From an uncultured archaeon (GTDB lineage: Archaea > Asgardarchaeota > Thorarchaeia > Thorarchaeales > Thorarchaeaceae): a stretch of 32,000 nt of DNA. Under the pieces are notes generated by a model that was not told the origin of the DNA, did no database searches, and saw only the letters and a list, made by a program, of their open reading frames with translations. Numbering within the stretch: the first letter of the stretch is position 1; every line of letters begins with the position of its first letter. The DNA lies in NCBI GenBank assembly GCA_964354495.1, contig CAYHAA010000001.1, positions 90,001 to 122,000 on the forward strand, read 5' to 3'. Positions 26,309 to 32,000 of the stretch are shown here, piece after piece. The position numbers and the translations under genes are program-made.

Positions 26309-26552
26309 ATTTCTCTATCCTTTGTCCATCTCGAATGATATAAATGTAGTATCAGTTCATATTGAAAGGTGGCGATGTTGGAGATATCATTCCTCTTGTG
26401 CAATCATTTCTGGAACAGATCAGTGAGATGGAAGAAGAAACCATGCTTGATCTGGCAAAAGCAACTGGTTGAGGCATCTATTGAATAAGTAGTTCAGTAA
26501 TATCTTGACAGTATTTATCTCAGACTTTGATATAACAGGGGAGGAAGTCACT

Positions 26553-27032
26553 ATGAGTTCCATTCGAGATAAAAAAATATTTCAAGGCCTAGACTTTCAA
26601 ATCTGGCATATATGGGAGGAACGACGAGAAAGGTGGAGAAATGAGATATACATCATTGGAGATGATGAAGCGCTTCAGACTATGCGAAACAGCCTCCAGG
26701 GATTATTAGACATGTTTCAAGCATATGGGAAGGGAACACGAAAATACAAGTGTAATCCTCCAACAGATTTTGATTATGTATCCTACGGTCAAGAGCATGG
26801 AGTCAAGATTCAGTGGCTCGATTCACTTGTTGTGCGACTCAGCTCTGATGCCCTAGATAACGAGCCATTCATTATCGAGGATTTCGTTGTCACTCTAAAT
26901 GTTAGTTTCCACACACTAAGGACATTCATAGATAGAATTCAGGAGCAGTTGGACTCTGCTGAAAGGTATGGTCATGGTTCAGTTGCTGTATGTGGATTGC
27001 GATTCTCTCCAGATTGGTTAGGTATTGAATGA
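26553..27032 (+). CDS. Hypothetical protein in AT-richer segment
   Basis: 159-aa ORF. ATG 26553 follows GGGGAGG. Confidence 0.7.
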   Translation: MSSIRDKKIFQGLDFQIWHIWEERRERWRNEIYIIGDDEALQTMRNSLQGLLDMFQAYGKGTRKYKCNPPTDFDYVSYGQEHGVKIQWLDSLVVRLSSDALDNEPFIIEDFVVTLNVSFHTLRTFIDRIQEQLDSAERYGHGSVAVCGLRFSPDWLGIE

Positions 27033-27150
27033 AGCTATCGAGACGCATCTGATTCATGAAAAAAGAAAAACGAAACATCTTTGAACATTTCTTATTAGAA
27101 AGCTTGATAAGTAGACCTAAGGCTCGAGGCTGAGTCAGGTGGAAGAATCG

Positions 27151-27603
27151 ATGAGCTTTGATATTATCGCTGAGCCGGCTGTCAAGTCCCCAGCCGATGC
27201 TCGATTCAGACGCGGCCGCGGTTTCAGTATTGAAGAGACGGTGCAATCGGGACTCACTGTAGACGACGCTCGCAAGATGGGTCTCCTTGTCGATATGAGG
27301 CGAGGGACTGCATATCCTGAGAATATCGAAGCATTGAAGCAGTATCAGAAGGATCTTGAAGAATTCATCAAGGCTCTGGCGGAGGAGGAGAGCGCTGCTG
27401 CTGCTGTAAGTGCAAAGAAATCTGTCGATGATCTCTCTAAGCTCAAGTCAGTGACCGCTGAAGAGGCAGGACTCCTGACATCTGCTGGGATAGAAACGAT
27501 ATCCGACCTTGCCTACTGTGATATCACTAAGGTGGCTGCGAAGACAGGCATCACAGAAGAGCGCATCACAGAGATGGTCAAAGTCGCCCTCAAGAGAGTG
27601 TAA
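27151..27603 (+). CDS. rpl13e: Ribosomal protein L13e fused to C-terminal helix-hairpin-helix domain
   Basis: RRGRGFSIEE..QSGL...ARKMGLLVDMRR...ENIEALK is the L13e pattern. The tail LSKLKSVTAEEAGLLTSAGIETISDLA...KTGITEERI is HhH-like. Confidence 0.85.
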   Translation: MSFDIIAEPAVKSPADARFRRGRGFSIEETVQSGLTVDDARKMGLLVDMRRGTAYPENIEALKQYQKDLEEFIKALAEEESAAAAVSAKKSVDDLSKLKSVTAEEAGLLTSAGIETISDLAYCDITKVAAKTGITEERITEMVKVALKRV

Positions 27604-27622
27604 CCTGTCATGACTATATAGG

Positions 27623-28732
27623 GTGAGCGAGATGGATTATGCTCATCTCATTTCAATACTCGAGAATCCTCCTGCTGTACTCCGCCCTATCATTCTCCCT
27701 GATTTCTTCGTCGATCACTTTGTAGTTCTCCCTACGTACGGGGATTTCGTGAAATCTCTTGAAGCCCTTGCCAAACAAGGGGGCGGCAACCTGATCGGTA
27801 GTGAACAGTTTATCCGCAGGGGGGGCAATTGCGTGAATACCGCCTCTGCCCTGCATGTCCTGGGCTTGGACCCAAGGATGATAGTCACTACAGATGAATA
27901 CGGCGCTTCTCTTCTTGATGCTCTAGCATCACCGGGCCTAGATAAGAGCCATGTTCACAGGGACGGGCGTCTATCAACCACGGTTTCACTTGAAACCAAC
28001 TTCAAGGGGCGTAAAATCAATCTGATGATCAGCGATAGCGGATCTGCATCATCGTTTGGATACGATAGTCTTACAGACTCTGATCTTGAACTCATTCGTA
28101 GCTGTGGCCTTGTTGCCTTAGTGAATCTCAACCATAATCACAGAGGTGCAGATTTGGCGCGTGCTCTCTTTAGGCAGGTGAGAGACACTTCATCATCAAT
28201 CACCTTCATGGATATTGGTGACCCCTCGAGTAATCCAGAGCTAGTAATCCCACTGGTAAGGGACGTCATATCTGAGGGTCTAGTGGACATTCTGGGCGCT
28301 AATGAGAATGAAATTGGTTGGCTTGCATGGGCTCTCTCAGGGCAAGATGATCGTTGGCGTGCAATGGTATCTCATCCCACCGAATGGATTGCAGGAGCTA
28401 GGAAGGTTTCACAGGAAACTGGAGTCAAGATTGACCTGCATACGCCACTCTTCTCAGCAGCAGTCAATAGTGACGAGGTGATTTCAGCCCCTTCATTCCG
28501 AGTTGAGAGCAAAGTTGTTTGCGGAGCGGGCGATGCGTGGAATGCAGGAGACATCTATGGGCTCCTCCTAGATTTGACACCATCCGATCGGATTGTTCTT
28601 GCGAATGCAATAGCCGCCCTCTATGTTTCATCACCAACGGCATCACATCCGTCAAGGCAGGAACTCATCACATTTCTCAATGGAAAACCGGCTCTTTCCA
28701 GAGACGGCAAAAAGCTACTTATGCACCGTTAA
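27623..28732 (+). CDS. PfkB/ribokinase-family carbohydrate kinase
   Basis: GGNCVNTA, FMDIGDP, ANENE, and anion-hole motif CGAGDAWNAG. Confidence 0.88.
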   Translation: MSEMDYAHLISILENPPAVLRPIILPDFFVDHFVVLPTYGDFVKSLEALAKQGGGNLIGSEQFIRRGGNCVNTASALHVLGLDPRMIVTTDEYGASLLDALASPGLDKSHVHRDGRLSTTVSLETNFKGRKINLMISDSGSASSFGYDSLTDSDLELIRSCGLVALVNLNHNHRGADLARALFRQVRDTSSSITFMDIGDPSSNPELVIPLVRDVISEGLVDILGANENEIGWLAWALSGQDDRWRAMVSHPTEWIAGARKVSQETGVKIDLHTPLFSAAVNSDEVISAPSFRVESKVVCGAGDAWNAGDIYGLLLDLTPSDRIVLANAIAALYVSSPTASHPSRQELITFLNGKPALSRDGKKLLMHR

Positions 28733-28767
28733 CAATTGAATTACTGGTATTGCCCGAGCGAGGTTAG

Positions 28768-29715
28768 GTGAACCAGTTGGAGTTGGAACGCGTACTCACG
28801 AAGCTAAAGTTCGATGAGTCTGTGACAGGCTATGCCTTGATTACAAACGATGGCCAGCCCTTCCTTTCCTTCTCACTTCCAGATGAAGTTGTGCCTCAGA
28901 TCAAAGGCACGCTCAAGATTCACGCCGGTGGTCTGAGACTCGTGAATATCATGACCAGCCACGGGAGCGTCATCTTGTCACGAGTGGACCCTCAGTGGGT
29001 TCTTGCTGTTCTTTTCACGCCAGAGCTCACGCTTGGTACTGCACTCTCCAGGGCAAAATCAGTTGTCGAGCTCTTGGAACAAGTGGTACTTCCGCCGCCT
29101 CCGGTTCCTGTTGAATCAGATGAGGTTCCTATCTCTGAGCCAACCGGGCTTGAGGCTCCCGTGGAGTCAGCATCGGCTCCCGTGGTAGAGGCAGTACCTT
29201 TCGTTGTCGAGGAGACATCGACCCGCCCAGAAGCTATAGAGCTGCATCACGCATGCGTTGTCCTCCGGGGGGAGAGGTATCGAGATGCCATGACTCTTGA
29301 TTCAGCTCTGAACACCACGTTGAAGAAAGTCTACTCCAACCTTGCCGTTGATATTCTTCTCGTTATCGATCAGAAGATGACAATCTATGAGATTGCTGGA
29401 GCTCTAATAAGACCGGTAGAACGAGTACTGGAGATCGTTAGATGGTGTCTGGCAGAGAAGATTGTTGACGTGGACTGTCCAAAACCAGAGGAAACTAGAC
29501 AAAAAGAGATAATTGAGATGCCTTTCTTTGAAGGCAAGCTTGAGAAAGCAAAGAAGGAGCATCGCTCCGTCCTCGCGCTCTGTGACGGAACACGAAGCAT
29601 TCAAGAGATTGCAACGCAGCTGGGTATGCAATACTTTCAAGTCTTACAGAGCATTCTTCCCTATCGTGGGAAGACTCTTAAAATGGTACTTACAGATAAG
29701 AAATCAGGAGTTTGA
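28768..29715 (+). CDS. Roadblock/LC7-like domain + Pro/Glu-rich linker + two winged-helix-like domains
   Basis: The N-terminal ~105 aa has an alpha-beta-beta-alpha-beta-beta-beta-alpha pattern (VTGYALITNDG). Linker starts LPPPP. wHTH-like segments IDQKMTIYEIA and LCDGTRSIQEIA. Confidence 0.65.
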   Translation: MNQLELERVLTKLKFDESVTGYALITNDGQPFLSFSLPDEVVPQIKGTLKIHAGGLRLVNIMTSHGSVILSRVDPQWVLAVLFTPELTLGTALSRAKSVVELLEQVVLPPPPVPVESDEVPISEPTGLEAPVESASAPVVEAVPFVVEETSTRPEAIELHHACVVLRGERYRDAMTLDSALNTTLKKVYSNLAVDILLVIDQKMTIYEIAGALIRPVERVLEIVRWCLAEKIVDVDCPKPEETRQKEIIEMPFFEGKLEKAKKEHRSVLALCDGTRSIQEIATQLGMQYFQVLQSILPYRGKTLKMVLTDKKSGV

Positions 29716-29720
29716 AAAAA

Positions 29721-30227
29721 ATGAGTATTAAGGGAAAAATTGCGTGGAAATTCATGACGACCAAAGTATCGAAGGTTCTTTTCCAGGCCAATTATAGAGA
29801 GCTCATGAACCTAGTCATGAGCTCAAGTAATAATGTGGAAGAGATCAATCGAAAAATGAAGGAAATTGGTTTTCGTGTTGGCGAGACGCTACTAATGGAC
29901 TATGCCGATAGAATCCGACAACATGCAGTTGACTTTCCAACGTTCTCAAAGACACTGCAGCTTGCGTACAAGGTGAACTCAGGACAATTCTTCACCAGAA
30001 TTGAGATTAGCAAAGATAAGAGAACAATCAAATTCACTGACGACCTCTGTCCGGTTTGCGAAGGCGTGGCTATCTCAGACATGCCTGGTCTTCAGTACTG
30101 CGTGCTTGTGAGCGGAGTGTTCGATGCAGTCATGAAACTGCGAGGGTTCTCAGCCGATAGCTATCAGGAGTCCTGCAAGGCCGTTGGCGATGAAACCTGC
30201 ACTTGGACGCTTGTTCTCCGAGACTAG
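29721..30227 (+). CDS. Bet3/TRAPPC3-like V4R-family protein
   Basis: KVSKVLFQANYRELM...NVEEINRKMKEIGFRVGETLLMDY follows the Bet3 N-terminal pattern. C-terminal V4R Cys motif ESCKAVGDETC plus CPVC and YC. Confidence 0.85.
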   Translation: MSIKGKIAWKFMTTKVSKVLFQANYRELMNLVMSSSNNVEEINRKMKEIGFRVGETLLMDYADRIRQHAVDFPTFSKTLQLAYKVNSGQFFTRIEISKDKRTIKFTDDLCPVCEGVAISDMPGLQYCVLVSGVFDAVMKLRGFSADSYQESCKAVGDETCTWTLVLRD

Positions 30228-30307
30228 TTCGTGACCAGCCATCCGGAATAGGTATAAAACACTTAGCGCGAAAATATCGTGTAGGCACCATCTATGGAGG
30301 CTAATGA

Positions 30308-30826
30308 ATGGGTCAAGGTCTAGGCACGATATTCGGGCTCATAGCTGCATTCGCCATTACATTCATCGTTATGACATTCGGAATCTACATGCCTGCGGAT
30401 CTGATATCCCCCGTAGTTGTACAGGACTTCCTCAGTAACAGTGACCTTGAAATCAGATTAGCAGTCGTTGGCACAATCCTCTACCCGTCTGCTCTGGGCG
30501 GGTCCAGTCTCGGGAGTGTAATCCACTATGGCGCTACTGGTGCATCCGTGCTAATGTTTCTCGCATGGGGCATAGCGGGTCTGATTGCGGGCCTCATGTC
30601 AAGGGATTTTCTGCCAGCTATCATGGCTGCCGTGTTTGCAGCTCTCATTGGTGCTCTTTTGACATGGCTACTCATATTCGTGATTTCTCCAGATTTTGAC
30701 ATCGCAGCCATTTTCGCACCTGGTTCGCTGCTCTTGATGGAGGTTGCTCTAGAGGGAGCTATCTATCCGTGTATTGCATGCATTATCGGTGCCATTCTTG
30801 GCGGTGGCATTACAAGGGATCGTTAA
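30308..30826 (+). CDS. Gly/Ala-rich multi-pass membrane protein of unknown function
   Basis: 4-5 hydrophobic helices with GxxxG-like motifs (GIAGLIAG, IIGAILGGG). Preceded by GGAGG. Confidence 0.75.
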   Translation: MGQGLGTIFGLIAAFAITFIVMTFGIYMPADLISPVVVQDFLSNSDLEIRLAVVGTILYPSALGGSSLGSVIHYGATGASVLMFLAWGIAGLIAGLMSRDFLPAIMAAVFAALIGALLTWLLIFVISPDFDIAAIFAPGSLLLMEVALEGAIYPCIACIIGAILGGGITRDR

Positions 30827-31404
30827 CCATCTGATTTCCTGAGAATTGCCCCACACTCAGAACAGATCAGTGGATTTGATTTGAAGACTGCGCCACATTG
30901 ACAAACTGTTTCAATCTTCACTGGAATAGGTGGCTCTGCGGTCCCCCGCATCCTCTCAATGGCCGCTGTAATCGGAAGGGCAGTTATCATAACAAAGAGA
31001 GATGCGACCATAGAAATAGCAGACTGGTAGACTATGGCGTAATTCCTCATTGGATTCAGAGCAATATCCCAGAACAGTGGGTCCCTCAAGAGCTGAGATA
31101 TCAACGCAAAGATGGTCAGAAAGACTCCAACCCATAGAGCTGACCTGAGAGTATTCCATCCTTTCCGTGAGAAAGGTGCGATTATTGTCCCGATGATTAC
31201 CCATGATATCAGATATGCAGCGGCTGTTGGGAAATTGAAGAGACCTTGGATGGTAGATTGAAGTGCCCAACTCCCATCGAGGATGAACCATATCATATTG
31301 AATGGCTCTGGGTATGCTGGCTGTGGCGGTAGAAGTCCAGCCAAGCCAACAAATGAGCATGAACCCACGACTATTCCTAAGAGTCCACCCGCTAGGTTTC
31401 TCAT
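30823..31404 (-). CDS. 4-TM membrane protein with C-terminal zinc ribbon
   Basis: Start reassigned to ATG 31404 (MRNLAGGLLG), after GGAGA. C-terminus CQCGAVFKSNPLICSECG. Confidence 0.75.
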   Translation of the reverse strand: MRNLAGGLLGIVVGSCSFVGLAGLLPPQPAYPEPFNMIWFILDGSWALQSTIQGLFNFPTAAAYLISWVIIGTIIAPFSRKGWNTLRSALWVGVFLTIFALISQLLRDPLFWDIALNPMRNYAIVYQSAISMVASLFVMITALPITAAIERMRGTAEPPIPVKIETVCQCGAVFKSNPLICSECGAILRKSDG

Positions 31405-31579
31405 CGAATCTCCTCTTGACAGTGTCTTCATTCGTGTGGGCGGTTCCCTCTTAACAGTTTTCGATTGATTCTGACTGACAAAACACACAACACAACCACA
31501 ATCCTTTTCAGAATACTCTGAAGAATAGAGGTTGGACGAGCAGTTTTTAGTCAGGCCAGTGTCTGTGAGGTGTAGTGCA

Positions 31580-32000
31580 ATGTCCAAAAATCTGGAGCAA
31601 GCCCTATCCAAATTAAGATTTGACGATCAGGTTCTTGGTTATTCCCTGATGACGAAAATAGGTAGGCCATTTGTGAGCTTTGCATTTCCTGACGAGCTGT
31701 TTCCGCGAGTGAAAGACAGCATCAAGTTGTACAAGGCGGACCTTCGTTTAATGACAATCGATACCGAAAAAGGCCTCGTGGTCCTATCCCCTGTTGACGA
31801 GAACTGGATATTGACAGCACTATACGTTCCTGAACTTCAGCTTGGACTAGCTATCGCCAAGACTAAGAATGTCCTGCGTCTTCTTGAAGGTATTGAACTT
31901 CCGCCGCCCCCAGAAGACTTTGAGGAATCTTCAGAAATGAATATTCAGGTTCTTGAGAGCATTGCTGTCAAGGCTGCTTCTATTGAAACAACTACGCCAC
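31580..32000 (+). CDS. Paralog of the 28768 roadblock-like protein, 3' truncated by window edge; absent from ORF track
   Basis: Hand translation MSKNLEQALSKLRFDDQVLGYSLMTKIGRPFVSFAFPDE...LLEGIELPPPP. About 53/107 ungapped identities to 28768. Preceded by GAGGTG. Confidence 0.85.
   Translation, partial: MSKNLEQALSKLRFDDQVLGYSLMTKIGRPFVSFAFPDELFPRVKDSIKLYKADLRLMTIDTEKGLVVLSPVDENWILTALYVPELQLGLAIAKTKNVLRLLEGIELPPPPEDFEESSEMNIQVLESIAVKAASIETTTP

Noticed and set aside
26375-26488. ATG-started 37-aa ORF MLEISFLLCNHFWNRSVRWKKKPC...
   Set aside because: Its Trp/Cys-rich composition is less protein-like than the overlapping 26362-26472 frame, and there is no other support.
31405-31611. N-terminal extension of the 30823 ORF
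   Set aside because: It would overlap the divergent gene at 31580. A better start with SD is at 31404.
1-32000. CRISPR arrays, IS elements, rRNA
   Set aside because: No regularly spaced repeats, transposase motifs, terminal inverted repeats or rRNA-like sequence were seen on reading.

Overview
Gene-dense archaeal chromosomal window, most likely from an Asgard archaeon (Thorarchaeia-like). This is inferred from aIF5A, Nob1, PAC2, L13e and BHB-type tRNA splicing together with eukaryote-signature genes. About 38 CDS and 2 tRNAs were found; I saw no CRISPR array, rRNA or mobile element. Two real genes are missing from the ORF track because they run off the window edges: mfnA at the left and a roadblock-domain paralog at the right. 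Highlights: (1) a right-end module with a Bet3/TRAPPC3-like V4R protein, two paralogous roadblock + poly-Pro (+ winged-helix) proteins and two membrane proteins; (2) a 611-aa alpha-SNAP-like solenoid; (3) tRNA-Leu(CAG) with a 30-nt intron in the T-loop (58/59) forming a clean bulge-helix-bulge; (4) a nikR/nikMNQO locus with a GTAACAC-N13-GTAACAC candidate operator; (5) a 178-nt spacer with degenerate TPP-riboswitch-like motifs before an orphan 2-oxoacid:ferredoxin oxidoreductase gamma subunit. All homology calls come from motif recognition and hand alignment. No searches were run, and reference sequences quoted from memory need verification.
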